In this document: positions 1 to 12,971 of the stretch, piece after piece | Position numbering within the stretch: position 1 is the stretch's first letter | How the letters are laid out: each line of letters opens with the position of its first letter | Origin: Veleropilina oligotropha | Lineage: Eukaryota | Direction: 5' to 3' | DNA length: 64,000 nt | Assembly (NCBI GenBank): GCA_048128005.1 | Contig: JBEUKZ010000107.1 | Coordinates: forward strand, 248,001-312,000 | Notes under the pieces: model-generated | Seen by the model: the letters and a program-made list of their open reading frames with translations, nothing else | Told to the model about the DNA's origin: nothing | Databases searched by the model: none | Position numbers and translations under genes: made by a program

Positions 1-334
1 GTTTCTTTCCATCAAGCAGACAATGCTCTGGGTTTTCGTCCGACGATAGTTGACGTGAACATGTTTCAAATTGACAATATGATCAGAGTTGTTACAATGA
101 GACAATAAACACCAAAACACAGATATTGTTTATTAAAGTCGAAAATTCATTAGATATCCCAACAAAATCCCCTCACCTTGGATGGTAACAGTCTAGTAAT
201 CATCAGTGTATGCTGCAATTTATAGACTCAAATCTGTAACCGTGCTATCACGCAAAACATCCTTTCAATCTTGTGTAACATCATTTAGTCTTTGTGTTTT
301 ATCTCTGTTATTTAAGTACATTCTATATTGACAG

Positions 335-565
335 ATGGTTATGTGGGCTGCATCAGTAACCTGGTGCTGCAGTCAAACATGATCGACCCCATCGATCTCA
401 TGCACACCCGCTCGCCCATCGGTGTCAGGCTGGACGGCTGTAACCTTGTTGATCGTTGCCAGGGCAACGCCATGTGCGAGCATGGCGGGAAGTGTATGTC
501 CGACTGGGAGGGCGTGGCGTGTGACTGCTCCAATACTGCATACGAAGGACAGGTCTGCCACTTTG
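335..565 (+). CDS. Axotactin/CNTNAP-like gene, internal exon 1 in window (end of LamG + EGF)
   Basis: acag|AT...TTTG|gtgag. Encodes DGYVGCISNL (LamG end) and CQGNAMCEHGGKC...CDC...YEGQVC (EGF). Confidence 0.9.
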
Positions 566-784
566 GTGAGTTTAAATAGTTTATTTTCAAAAGTTGTACA
601 AACTTTTTGTGGAATGACCCGTTCATAACAACCTTCAAGTTGATGTCTGGACGTTTCCATGTTGTCACCCGAGGAAAGTCTAGTAAACCGGGTAAAAACG
701 TCTTCACCGGTCAGCTCTGGTCAACTGCGACCGAACAACAGAACAAAGAATGCCCCACCGATGATTTGAACCTGCTCCTGTTAG

Positions 785-1309
785 ATAGAGCAGTCCGTCA
801 TGCAAATAGAGCAGTCCGTCATGCAAATAGAGCAGTCCGTCATGCAAATAGAGCAGTCCGTCATGCAAATAGAGCAGTCCGTCATGCAAATAGAGCAGTC
901 CGTCATGCAAATAGAGCAGTCCGTCATGCAAATAGAGCAGTCTGTCATGCAAATAGAGCAGTCTGTCATGCAAATAGAGCAGTCCGTCATGCAAATAGAG
1001 CAGTCCGTCATGCAAATAGAGCAGTCCGTCATGCAAATAGAGCAGTCTGTCATGCAAATAGAGCAGTCCGTCATGCAAATAGAGCAGTTCGTCATGCAAA
1101 TAGAGCAGTCCGTCATGCAAATAGAGCAGTCCGTCATGCAAATAGAGCAGTCCGTCATGCAAATAGAGCAGTCCGTCATGCAAATAGAGCAGTCCGTCAT
1201 GCAAATAGAGCAGTCCGTCATGCAAATAGAGCAGTCCGTCATGCAAATAGAGCAGTCTGTCATGCAAATAGAGCAGTCCGTCATGCAAATAGAGCAGTCC
1301 GTCATGCAA
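785..1309. repeat. 21-bp minisatellite (AATAGAGCAGTCCGTCATGCA), ~25 copies
   Basis: Directly visible tandem array; explains the repetitive ORFs in several frames. Confidence 0.97.
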
Positions 1310-2537
1310 GTGAATTGAGAGCCCAGTATGTTATCCGTTTGACTACCAGTGCGATCTGTTGTACAAGGGAGGATAAAGTAAATGACAATAAGATAATTGG
1401 CAGCAAGGGTATTAATTTCATTAGACTGCTATATGCACCTGCCAAAAGCAAACCAACAATGGTTGCACTGTGGTATCGGGTGCATCACTTTCTGCACGAG
1501 TATGAGAAAATCTGCCGTGCGTTCAAGATCGACTCGTCAAGAAAACGTTTTTCAAATGCACTTTGCACGCTTTATGAATGCTCTTTGGCGTCGAAAACCT
1601 TTTCCAAAATTGTCGACTTTATCGACTTGATTTATTGATCAACGAATGTGCTAATGATAACGCCTTTACGCCTGCCAATCCATCAATTATCTCAGTAGGG
1701 AACTTCCATGCTATTGGAGCTGGCCCGTGTTTATCACTACTGAACACACCAATTCTTGTTGAAGGATATATATTGACTCTTTCGTCCCGTATTACCGAAA
1801 TTTTGATTAAATAAATAAAATTATAATAGAACTTCAAAATGACAACATCGACAATTCTTGTAAAATTCGATTGTTAATACAACTATCAACTATAAATAAC
1901 AACGTCATTCGATATAAAATTGTTTCCTTTCGTGTCACCAACTGGTGCTTGACTTATCGGTCATTATCATTGTTTACATAAGAAAATTAATATTTGCATA
2001 TAATCCAATGCAAAACGCTGAATTGCGTAGTTATCTGCCCTTGCTAGAATTTGTCGAATGCAGCATATAAACAAGTGGTAATTTAAAGTACCATAAGTTA
2101 TCTGATGACAGTAGAAACTTTAAATTAACTATTTTCTTCTTAATTTACATATTATTTCGATTAAGACTCTGATTAATATAGTTTGTGACCCCCAAATGCA
2201 TCCAATGTTGCAAAATAAATTTGACATTCAGTCCTTGATTCACAGTCGGTCTGTCGTCCGCCAGCTTGGTCACGTAGCGTGCTACCTCGGACGGTTGCGC
2301 GCCATTTGCAAAACATTTTCAGAAAGCACTCGGCTAATTGAAAGACAAAACGCAAAACGTTTTGCATCCTGAACGCACGGCTGTTATGTCGTGTACGTGA
2401 ATTGCCTCTTGAGCCACAAGTGTAGCGAGGGATTGTACGGGGTCACGCAGGATGTGACGTCATGTGCAGACAGTGATATTATGTGCATTATATCCATATT
2501 TAATGTACTGAATGATGTATTACTATTTACCATTCAG

Positions 2538-2772
2538 CAAAGTATAAGAAGTCTTGCGATGAATACTTTCAAGCCGGTCGCCATGACGATGGTATTTACC
2601 GCATTGATGTGGATGGCAATGGGCCTTTGGACCCTAACTATGTGAATTGCATCATGAGCCACAAGACTAGCGAGGGATTGTACGGGGTCACGCAGGTCGA
2701 AAACAACATGAAGAAAAACCTGACTGTCACGGCCGAGGACCTACCTGATCTACGCATTGTTATATCGTACAG
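2538..2772 (+). CDS. Host gene exon 2 (start of fibrinogen-like domain)
   Basis: ttcag|CA...TACAG|gtatat. KYKKSCDEYFQAGRHDDGIYRIDVDGNGPLDPNYVNC resembles the CNTNAP/neurexin-IV fibrinogen-like domain; phase matches exon 1. Confidence 0.9.
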
Positions 2773-3472
2773 GTATATGCAGTGATCTAGTTATATCGTA
2801 CAGGTATATGCAGTGATCTACTTATATCGTACAGGTATATGCAGTGATCTACTTATATCGTACAGGTATATGCAGTGATCTACTTATATCGTACAGGTAT
2901 ATGCAGTGATCTACTTATATCGTACAGGTATATGCAGTGATCTACTTATATCGTACAGGTATATGCAGGGATCTACTTATATCGTACAGGTATATGCAGT
3001 GATCTACTTATATCGTACAGGTATATGCAGTGATCTACTTATATCGTACAGGTATATGCAGTGATCTACTTATATCGTACAGGTATATGCAGTGATCTAC
3101 TTATATCGTACAGGTATATGCAGTGATCTACTTATATCGTACAGGTATATGCAGTGATCTACTTATATCGTACAGGTATATGCAGTGATCTACTTATATC
3201 GTACAGGTATATGCAGTGATCTACTTATATCGTACAGGTATATGCAGTGATCTACTTATATCGTACAGGTATATGCAGTGATCTACTTATATCGTACAGG
3301 TATATGCAGTGATCTACTTATATCGTACAGGTATATGCAGGGATCTACTTATATCGTACAGGTATATGCAGTGATCTACTTATATCGTACAGGTATATGC
3401 AGTGATCTACTTATATCGTACAGGTATATGCAGTGATCTACTTATATCGTACAGGTATATGCAGTGATCTAC
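2759..3472. repeat. 31-bp tandem repeat, ~23 copies, containing the exon 2 splice donor
   Basis: Unit TTATATCGTACAG|GTATATGCAGTGATCTAC. Confidence 0.95.
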
Positions 3473-3694
3473 TGTCAGGGTTCTCCCCGGAGTGAAATTA
3501 TATGGCGGGGGAATTATGTCGTGGAGGGGTGGCTTGTGTTCACGCGCGCGTGCGTGTGTGTATGTATTTATGCATATATGTATGTATGTATGCATGCATG
3601 TAGTTGTATATATATATATTGTATATATATTAATTATATGGCTTCTATGGGGTGGCCATCTGGAATGGTGGTCATTTTTTTTTAAAGGTGTAGA

Positions 3695-4535
3695 AAGGTG
3701 GCGGGGAGGGGTCATAGGGTGACAGGGAGGGGTCATAGTGTGGCAGTGAGGGGTCATAGGGTGGCAGGGAGGGGTCATAAGGTGGCAGGGAAGGGTCATA
3801 TGGTGGCAGGGAGGGGTCATAGTGTGGCAGGGGAGGGGTCATAGGGTGGTGGGGAGGGGTCATAGGGTGGCAGGGAGGGGTCATAGGGTGGCAGGGAGGG
3901 ATCATAGGGTGGCAGGGAGGGGTCATAGGGTGGCAGGGAAGGGTCATAGTGTGGCAGGGAGGGGTCATAGTGTGGCAGGGGAGGGGTCATAGGGTGGCAG
4001 GGAGGGATCATAGGGTGGCAGGGAGGGGTCATAGGGTGGCGGGGAGGGGTCATAGGGTGGCGGGGAAGGGTCATAGGGTGGCGGGGAAGGGTCATAGGGT
4101 GGTGGGGAAGGGTCATAGGGTGGTGGGGAAGGGTCATAGGGTGGCAGGGAGGGGTCATAGGGTGGCAGGGAAGGGTCATAGTGTGGCAGGGAGGGATCAT
4201 AGTGTAGCAGGGGAGGGTCATAGGGTGGCAGGGAGGGGTCATAGGGTGGCGGGGAGGGGTCATATGGTGGCGGGGAAGGGTCATAGGGTGGCGGGGAAGG
4301 GTCATAGGGTGGCGGGGAAGGGTCATAGGGTGGCGGGGAGGGGTCATAGGGTGGCGGTGAGGGGTCATAGGGTGGCGGGGAGGGGTCATAGGGTGGTGGG
4401 TCATAGGGTGGCGGGGGAGGGTCATAGGGTGGCGGGGACGGGTCATAGGGTGGTGGGAAGGGGTCATAGGGTGGCGGGGAGGGGTCATAGGGTAGCGGGG
4501 AATGGTCATAGGGTGACAGGGAGGGGTCATAGGGT
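3695..4535. repeat. G-rich 21-bp minisatellite (GGGTCATAGGGTGGCAGGGAG)
   Basis: Visible tandem array with several GGG runs per unit. Confidence 0.95.
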
Positions 4536-4964
4536 GCGCTATAAGTGCCCGGGGAGGACCCTGACTTTGCTTAGCTGTGCTCTGCTTAATGAGAGATAAT
4601 AGATACTTACGATAGCTGTAAAAGTACGCCAAGTCTAGTTGTATATTCAATTGTTGTGGTCATTTAGACGATTATGTAGGTTTGATGCTTAGTTGCTGTG
4701 TGTACATAAATATTAGACCAAATTATCATATATAAACAATATTTAAACATTAAACATTTTTCCTAGCTAATTATATTATTATATATATTACTTACTATTT
4801 ATATAATTGCGATAATAATAGAAATTTGTATAAAAATTTAGACAAATTAGGCTTATTGAGTGTTCACCAAGTTTTTTTATCTACTCAGAAAAATTAAAAT
4901 CTAGGCTACCAGGTTTGTTTCCAAGTGATTGCTATTGAATAGTTAAAGAATTTTGTCTTTACAG

Positions 4965-5057
4965 AGCCATCCTACGCCCTCAGCTTTTCAAATTAACTGA
5001 AGAATCTGGCTGGTGTAAGCAGTACATCCGGTACGACTGCAACAAGGCGCCCCTCAG
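4965..5057 (+). CDS. Host gene exon 3
   Basis: ttacag|A...CTCAG|gta. AILRPQLFKLTEESGWCKQYIRYDCNKAPL (CxQxIxYxC motif); phase consistent. Confidence 0.88.
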
Positions 5058-5234
5058 GTATATACCAAGGGCAGACCAGTGTTCTTATGTTATATTACTG
5101 TCCTTGATATCTCGACGAGTAGAGCTTCTGAAACACTTGACATAGGATGGTAGGATGCATATTTCATTCCCACACCGGTATGATTAATAATAACTAGCAA
5201 TTATCCGTGCTTCGCACGGTTTTGGGGCGAGTAC

Positions 5235-5489
5235 TTAGTTTCGAGGTATGTCGTAGTAGGAATGGGGTGTAATTGGAGAGGGAGGTCTGTAGCAATAACA
5301 TACTAGAAAGGTTTTCTTATTTGTGGGGCATATTTCTAACCATATCGACTCGATATCATTGTCTTCAAATTCAGTTCTTCGCTTATATTTAACTCGTTCA
5401 TGTATATAAATAATAACACCTCCTCCAGGTGTTACTGATCTATCTCTACGTACATGGGAATAATTTTGAATATTGATTTCTGAATCCAT
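5235..5489 (-). mobile_element. Non-LTR retrotransposon (CR1/L2-type) APE endonuclease fragment
   Basis: RRDR..GGGVIIYI...ESIWLEI...CYRPP are typical LINE endonuclease motifs. Confidence 0.75.
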
Positions 5490-5663
5490 GGTTTTATCAT
5501 GAGAGAGTGCAGTAAGATTAATTCACGCTAGATGGCGTCTTGTCATCATTTCCGGTTGGCGGCCGACGAAAAGAGGTAAAATCGGGGTAAAAGTGCGATT
5601 AAAATGCTTTTTGTTGATAAATTAATAATAAAACCGGGCGGAATGTCTTCATGACACCCAAAA

Positions 5664-6888
5664 CAGTGTTTGTAACTCGTCGGGTTTTCCGACAAAAATC
5701 GGATTCAGACAATTTTATCGGATATCGTCGGATTTGCGTGATTTTGCGTCTTCTGCATTGGGATTTGATACATTTCCCACTAGCTTTAAAATTATTACAA
5801 TTAAAATACAAATACTAGTATGTAAATACTTCGTACATTCCATATGCCAAATATTACGATAATAGTGTAATTACGATAATATTTAATCAAACTTCATTTT
5901 CTGACATCGTACAAGGGCCGATTTGTACAAGGCTTCTGCCGTACAATTTCCCGATGCCTTTTGTTTACATTGTCCGTCTTTTCCCGATGAATCTTTGTCA
6001 GCTCGTTTACTTCCGTAATCAATTCATTACCATTGAAACAAATGCTCGGGGAAGATTGATTTTGTGGTTACCTCCCCTGACAGCACGCTATTTTAAGCTG
6101 GATTGAAAGTTCGGCGATTCAATGTAACATCAACTTATTTCGTTATCGAAAACTCTATTTAAAATTATATAAAGCATCGTCTCTCGCATGAAATAAAATA
6201 ATGTACAATCATAAGTCAAAATTAAAAATAATAATTTATTTAACACACTCTCTCATGATAGGGCCATGTGCGAATTTGAAAGCTGAAATAAAAATGGGTT
6301 TACACTCCAGCGCCGCCTTATTGAAGACGGTCGACCCAAATGGTGGTTTGTATGGTGATTGGATTGTGAAAAAGACTCGTTTAACGTAACTTGTGTGTTT
6401 TGTAAGTCAAATATATGCATTAAAGAGGGTGAAAAGGCACTTGACAATTAAATTTTGATGTGTGGTGTCGCAATAATTGTACAAACATATCAATACCGAG
6501 TTGAGCATTGGTTGCAGTAGCCCGATAAATCTGCCCCTAATTACAAGCTCGAAATCCTACACGCGACCGTCAGGATTTCGAGCTTGTAATTAGGGGAAGA
6601 TTTATCGGGCAAGGGTTGCAGAAGTTGTGAGCATTACATGTATTACTGCGTTTTGGTAAGAAAACAGCAGAAATGAACCATTTAATGTACATTTAATGTA
6701 TTTAATGTACATGTGCTAACCTTGGAAAATATATAAAATTTTATACTAATTATTTGAGTGAAATATGCCTGAAGTGCCAGGAAACACCATTTTATAAGGT
6801 ATATTTGTCAAAATTTCCTTCACCGCGGGGAACCATGGGCCCCGCGGTGAAAAGTAGGATATTTATGTTATCAATGTTACAAACACTG
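5664..6888. mobile_element. Non-autonomous hAT-like TIR element, copy A
   Basis: TIR CAGTGTTTGTAAC...GTTACAAACACTG, flanked by CAAAA on both sides; closely similar copy at 54830-56086. Confidence 0.8.
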
Positions 6889-7349
6889 CAAAAGCATGGC
6901 CATGTCGAATATCACGGTACGGTGGTTTCGGAGGAGATACGGTAAAGGACAAAAAATGGCTTACACTATTAATATATAGATAATAATAATAATAAGGCCA
7001 TTATTATAGCGCTATAACTCCACACCACGAAGGGAATTCTCCAAGCGCAACATTATTATTTAGTCTAACTCTTAAAAATATTGTGCCCTTCCTTTGACTG
7101 AAGATGTTAAGTCGTCGATCGAATTACAGATATGATTGAAAAAATCTGTCAAAATGAGTGGTAAAGATAAACTGATCACATTATATGTTAAATATTTTGT
7201 GTAATACTATATATCGTAGCTATGTATAAACTTGTGGTGATGTTACATAAGCCTATAAGATATTGCTACAGTAACTGTTATCTGGAATATTCTGTGAATA
7301 TATGGTTAAAACATTTATATTCACTTCATTTGTGACCACTGTGTTCCAG

Positions 7350-7486
7350 GCTGGGGGAACTGACATGGTTTGTTGCTGCCAATGGGGAGACCGTGGACTA
7401 TCTCGGATCCTCCATGTCCGGATACTGTGCGTGCAGACACAACAATACGTGCAGCGATCCGGAACTCACATGCAACTGCGATTCAG
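7350..7486 (+). CDS. Host gene exon 4
   Basis: ttccag|G...TTCAG|gtat. LTWFVAANGETVDYLG...CAC...C...CNCDS, as in CNTNAP-type proteins. Confidence 0.9.
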
Positions 7487-7642
7487 GTATGTATGTCGCA
7501 CATTTGCTAATTTCTAGCATTTAGATATGATAATTTGACATGGTGTGTAGTTATAGTTTTGCTTGTTAAATCAGAGATTTATTATCATGATAGTAAAATC
7601 TATTGATAGTGAACATCTTATGATAGTGTATACGTACGTATA

Positions 7643-10600
7643 CAGTGGATTACACTTAATTGCATAACGCTTAATTGCATATTTCGGATATTTGCATAAA
7701 ATCTGCAGGAACAGAATAGATTACTACTATTATCATATGCAAATAATCGCTTAATTGCATGCATAATTACCGATTTTTCGCTTATTTGCATAAGAAATTT
7801 TCGACTGCATAATTGACAAAACAATACATAATTGATAATAAAATCATTAAATTGATCAAAATACTTGCTACGCCATCGTAAAGATGTTTATTCAACAGTA
7901 ACATTCGAAGTTTTAACCATTTCTGCAACCTCGTGAGTTTCAAAATAATTTTCATTTCCGGAAAAAGTCGGAACTGAAAGTTCTGTAAACATCGTTGCAG
8001 TGCAGAAATGTTACGGAAATGAGCGATGTCAGTCGGAGAATTATCGGATGGCGGATATGGATCGATAAATTGAAGTAGGCCCTACATTGTGTCGGCATCA
8101 AAAGGGATATTTGTCTTTTGCTAAATTAAAAATAATGAGGTCTATAAACAATCACCTTTGTCTGATTTCTGAATTAGCAAATTCACACATGATAATCCGA
8201 TTAAAAATCTGTTGTTCCGATTCCAAATGACAGACTTTTGGGTTTATCTGAACGCAAAATCAAAGATTAGGCTTACGAATCAATATAAAAGGTGCCGTTA
8301 CATATAGGGATTGAACTGCAGTTTGATGGCATTTATGGTTGTATAAATGACACCCGCCATTCCATCTTCTATGGGAGCGCGCCAGCGCTCTCATAGAGAA
8401 GATGGAATGGCGGGTGTCATTTATACAACCATAAATGCCATCAAACTGCAGTTCAATCCTTATATTTACATCAGCATTTAACCAGAATCCCGTAAAAATA
8501 AACGTAATATTTACTTTCTTTGAACAGCCTTTCCATCGTGAAAATCGACGAACGTATGACCTCGAAATGTGAACGGAATTCAGGAGCACGCGCGGCTACC
8601 ATGTCTGGTCCATTTTAACGTCATGGGGGTGTCAGCTATTATAACTACTATATGCATGTAGACTAAATCTAATGAGCTGTATTAAAATAAAGTATTTGAC
8701 ATGTTAAGAAAGGTACTATTATATTATTTTTGATGTCCTTAATACATGTTACTACAGTGCTGTACCGTATATATAGTTACGTAATTAAATTAGATCCTGC
8801 CCACACCCCCGTGACGTGTGCCGGACCATTCAAATGTAAACAATTGTCAACATTACTATTTCACGTCACATCCGGCACCATAGCACCATGAATGCCATTG
8901 GAGTGGCATTCATGGTGCTATGAATGCCATCAGAGTCTAGTGACGATGATAGCGAGCGTGGTAAATATATATTCATGTGTCACTAGTTCGCCGATAAATT
9001 ACATAATTATAAGACAACAACAACACTTGTAATTAACCTGTCTGTTCTTCGACAATGAAAAATATTATCTCCCTTGTTTTCACGTTGCGACCTATGGTGA
9101 TTTAATTATTATTTTAATTTATATGTGAAGACAACGTCTTATAAAGTTTTTTATATGATATCATAATATACTGAAATCATTAAATCTCGCTAGAAATAAT
9201 TATTCAATCATTGTAAAAAAATCGATTCGAAATTAAAACGTAGGCTAATTTTTCAACATGGTGACCAGTAAAGCGACACGTGTTCAGCAGAAGAGAAACG
9301 TTCTGAATATGAATTTCCACACCATAGTAATGTATGAAATGCGACGATATGTTTAGAAACCCATATCAATTCTAATGAAACAGGCTATAGTCACCTTCAT
9401 ATATCAATTCTACTGAAACAGGCTAGTCACATTCAGGTCAGAATAACCACAAAGTATTGTGTATATATCCGTATTTATACATTACATTATGCAAATTCTT
9501 CTTTACAAATAAATTTATTACCAGAACTATTATATTTATAATAAAGAACCATTTTAAATACAATGATGTTATCAGTATTGGGTGGATTCTGTCACCTCGG
9601 AAACCTCGAGTGACGTCGTAGTTTTTGCGGCGTGATTAATCGCGAGAACGAAGTTCGAGCGTATTAATCCGCCGCAAAAACTACGACCTCACGAGAGGTT
9701 TCCGAGGTGACAGAATCCACACAATACTGATAACATTTTTATTATATGCCACAATCAATCCTGTCAATTATTATACGAAAAAATACAAACCAGTTTATGT
9801 GAAGAAATTGTCGGTTTAATTTAAATAACGTGAACTATATGACAACGTGGAACAGTATACATGTTATGCGGTTTTTATGAATGAAATTTACTACGTCTAT
9901 TTTGACAGTACAATTTGCGTTGTGCCGTATATTTTACAACAACACATTTATAAGCAAAATTTTTTCTGACATGTATTAGAAATACCATTTATATAATATT
10001 TAACTAATTATTTACCATCTATCGCTTTTCATGAATCTAAATTAAGGCGATTAAATGGGAACTATTTCTTAGGCGAATGAACAAGGAATAAACAAGTAAC
10101 GTGGTCAGACGTGTTCGTTTATAGAGTTGAATTAATTGTTATGGCTATGCTGAAACTGCAGTGTATAAGGATATTTGAGTGCTGCTTCGAAGTCTGACGG
10201 GAACGGGACTATTATGTATATGGTACGGGAGGACTTCGGAACGTACGTGAGCTCGTGATTTGTTTTCCTGCCATGAAGAGGTTTATGGACAGATAAAAGG
10301 GGTATTTCGGTGAGTTCTGAAGATCGTCTGGTCGCTACCGTTTGTATTCCCTGTTGTACGCCCAAATGGGGAACGCATTCTCGACGTTAGTGGCGTACTG
10401 CTAATTAATCTGTGCAAGTAAGTCTTATAAATAATTTTTTTTTGCATATGTACATCATTTTATTCTAATATATAATAATTAATTTCTAATTTTGTACATT
10501 TTTCTCTATGCTATTTTCATGTATGGTATTTTAATCAAATGACGTCTGCCGCTGTCCACTCAGATCGTTATTGAATGTGAACAGATGTGTTTTGACACGT

Positions 10601-10900
10601 GACTGCTTTGGAAGTAGTTCCTTGAATATATAAGCAGGAGCCGTTTTCTTGTGCATATATAAGCAGGAGACGTTTTCTGAAAGGTTATCAGTCGTGTGCG
10701 TGATACAGGGTCTCGGAAAACTGCGCCAGAATAGGCGTCAGAAAACGACTGGCATATAATAAAAGTAATTATCGTCAGTGATTTCCGGCGAAAAACAATT
10801 TCCAAAATTTACCGAATGGTTAAAACGGTTAAACGCATAATCTGGATAATCGCATAAATTATCGCGACAATCTCGCTATGCAAATAAGCGGAATCCACTG
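7643..10900. mobile_element. Tc1/pogo-like non-autonomous element containing nested hairpins
   Basis: TA|CAGTGGATTACACTTAATTGCATA ... TATGCAAATAAGCGGAATCCACTG|TA: imperfect TIRs with a TA duplication. Confidence 0.72.
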
Positions 10901-11338
10901 TACTGTGAACGAAGGAATTAGGGGGAGCATATAGGAGTCGGCTTGTCTGTCTGACATGAAACTTCATATGTGTAGGCGTCATAACTGAAAGGTATGTCGC
11001 ATACCAAAAGTAGGTCACTGCGACCTAGTTTTCACACTTGACCGCATTCTGTCTAAAATTCCCTTCCGCTCCATATCTCCCATACTATTTGACTGAGGGA
11101 CATGAAACTTCATGTGTGTATGGAACGGCCTGTTCCTGGGTCAAATGCTTTCGTGGGACCATGTGATCACTCCTGTGATAGCTATTGTTATTGTGATCAT
11201 CAAATCCTGACTACAATATGACTGAAGAAATGCTGAAATATGGTTGCAACAGTAATATAGTTGAATGTCTTTTCATGGTACAATGTTATTAGCATAAACC
11301 GAGAGTTCTCTTTCAACGTTAAGAACTATTCTTTACAG

Positions 11339-11491
11339 ATTTGGGCACGTGGCAGCACGATGGTGGCTATAACACGCGGAAGAACCAGCTGCCCATCGTT
11401 GAGGTGAACATCAAGCTTGACCCGGCCGGGACGTACGTGGAGAACAAGGAGGCCCGCCTCTCTCTGGGGGAGCTCCAGTGCTGGGGCAGCA
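11339..11491 (+). CDS. Host gene exon 5
   Basis: ttacag|AT...AGCA|gtgag. WQHDGGYNTRKNQLPI...LGELQCWG. Confidence 0.9.
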
Positions 11492-11860
11492 GTGAGTGAA
11501 ATCAGGCTATTCCCAATAGAGTAGTGTTCCTCGCCAATAAAGTTGACATCAGACATTTATTGTTTCCTGGAAAATGGTCGGGATGAACTTCTTTTGTCTA
11601 CATTTCGCCTTATCCGCAGAGATTTCTTGTGTGTACTCGACAGTCAAACGTTATAATCTGATTTTCTTGAAATATGTGATATGCACATTAGTTATGATGA
11701 GGTCACAACCGCTGGTGATCCATGGTGGTGAAGATATGACGGCACATTAAGACAATTATCTATGATAAAAAACCCATCACATTTTGTAGTTGGTTGGCTA
11801 TATATTCAGGTTATCACTAACAAATTACACAGATTTCTATTTAATATATGTTACCTTCAG

Positions 11861-12040
11861 GATACCAAGAACCCGAGAAGTCAATAACTATCGAGCTACC
11901 CGAGGCATTCATCGTTCTGGAGGCGTGGACGCACGGAGACTTCGTCGTGAGCTTCAGGTCACACCAGACGAATGTGCTGATACTGCAACAGACATCGGGA
12001 CAATTCGATAACGACTATTTCAGTATTAAGGTGGTATCTG
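11861..12040 (+). CDS. Host gene exon 6 (LamG)
   Basis: ttcag|GA...TCTG|gtaag. GDFVVSFRSHQTNVLILQ. Confidence 0.88.
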
Positions 12041-12656
12041 GTAAGTCAGATACCACATCCAGTAATTGGTTTAAATTTGTAGTTTTCATTTATTAGTCCC
12101 TTCTGTAATCTGGGTCTTGCAGGTAATCGACTGGATAAGAGTTGGGACTCTGAATTCGCTCGCTTCACTGGTCGATCGGTCAGAAGTAGGCTTGAATCCT
12201 CGGCGTGGTATTCTATGGGCAGTTGACACTCACCGCTGTCCATCACTGACCGCTTTTCTCCGGACACTTGGCTTTTCTCTTTAATAATATGAACATGTCC
12301 TGGTACGGACTTGAAGGTTGTTAAAAACAGGACATTTAAGTGTCGATCCAAACTCTGTCAAATCCTGCTTCCTGATCACGATTGTAACCAAATATTCAAG
12401 TGATGATGGGTGAGCCGATGTGACAATGACAATTCTCGACGCTATTACATTCAATCCCAGTGTCGCCCGTAAAACAAGATTTGCTAATATCTTTTATAAA
12501 AACATAAAATTTTGTGGATCATCGGTCATCATAACCGCAAGTTGGTTCATTTAGTTAATTATTCTCTGTGATTCCAGTTTTTGTGGAGACATCCTCTTTT
12601 TAAATAATTGAAAAACTCATCAGAATTTAAAAAAATATATTTTTGGCTTATTCCAG

Positions 12657-12885
12657 ATTACAAGTTAACCTTTTCGTACTCTCGACGAGATGTCACTATC
12701 AGCAAAACACTGGAGTCCCCTAGGAAGCTGACGGTGGGCGACTGGCATCAAGTACACGTGGAGAACGATGCGTTCAACATCCGCTTTACGCTTGATATGG
12801 AGTCGGTCCTAATCGATCTTCCGTCTGATTTAGACCAATTGGCAGGATTTGCCGGCCCCCTCTATATCGGAGCGGTACCGCCAGA
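12657..12885 (+). CDS. Host gene exon 7 (LamG)
   Basis: ttccag|AT...CCAGA|gtagg. GDWHQVHVE...PLYIGAVP LamG motifs. Confidence 0.88.
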
Positions 12886-12971
12886 GTAGGTTAAACGTAA
12901 CGAATTCTTCTTTACTGTACTATTGCCATCATTTTGGGTGCTTCCAATCTCTCTCTCTCTATATATATTAA

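Noticed and set aside
607..1638. 343 aa ORF with (RAVRHAN)n and overlapping repetitive ORFs
   Set aside because: Products of a stop-free 21-bp intronic minisatellite that is open in several frames; no evidence of coding.
2759..3472. CRISPR-like regular repeats (also 17175-17655 and 56475-57026)
   Set aside because: Units are head-to-tail with no unique spacers, there are no cas genes, and the context is a eukaryotic intron.
3817..4650. Pro/His-rich and Gly/Arg-rich ORFs
   Set aside because: Translations of the G-rich minisatellite.
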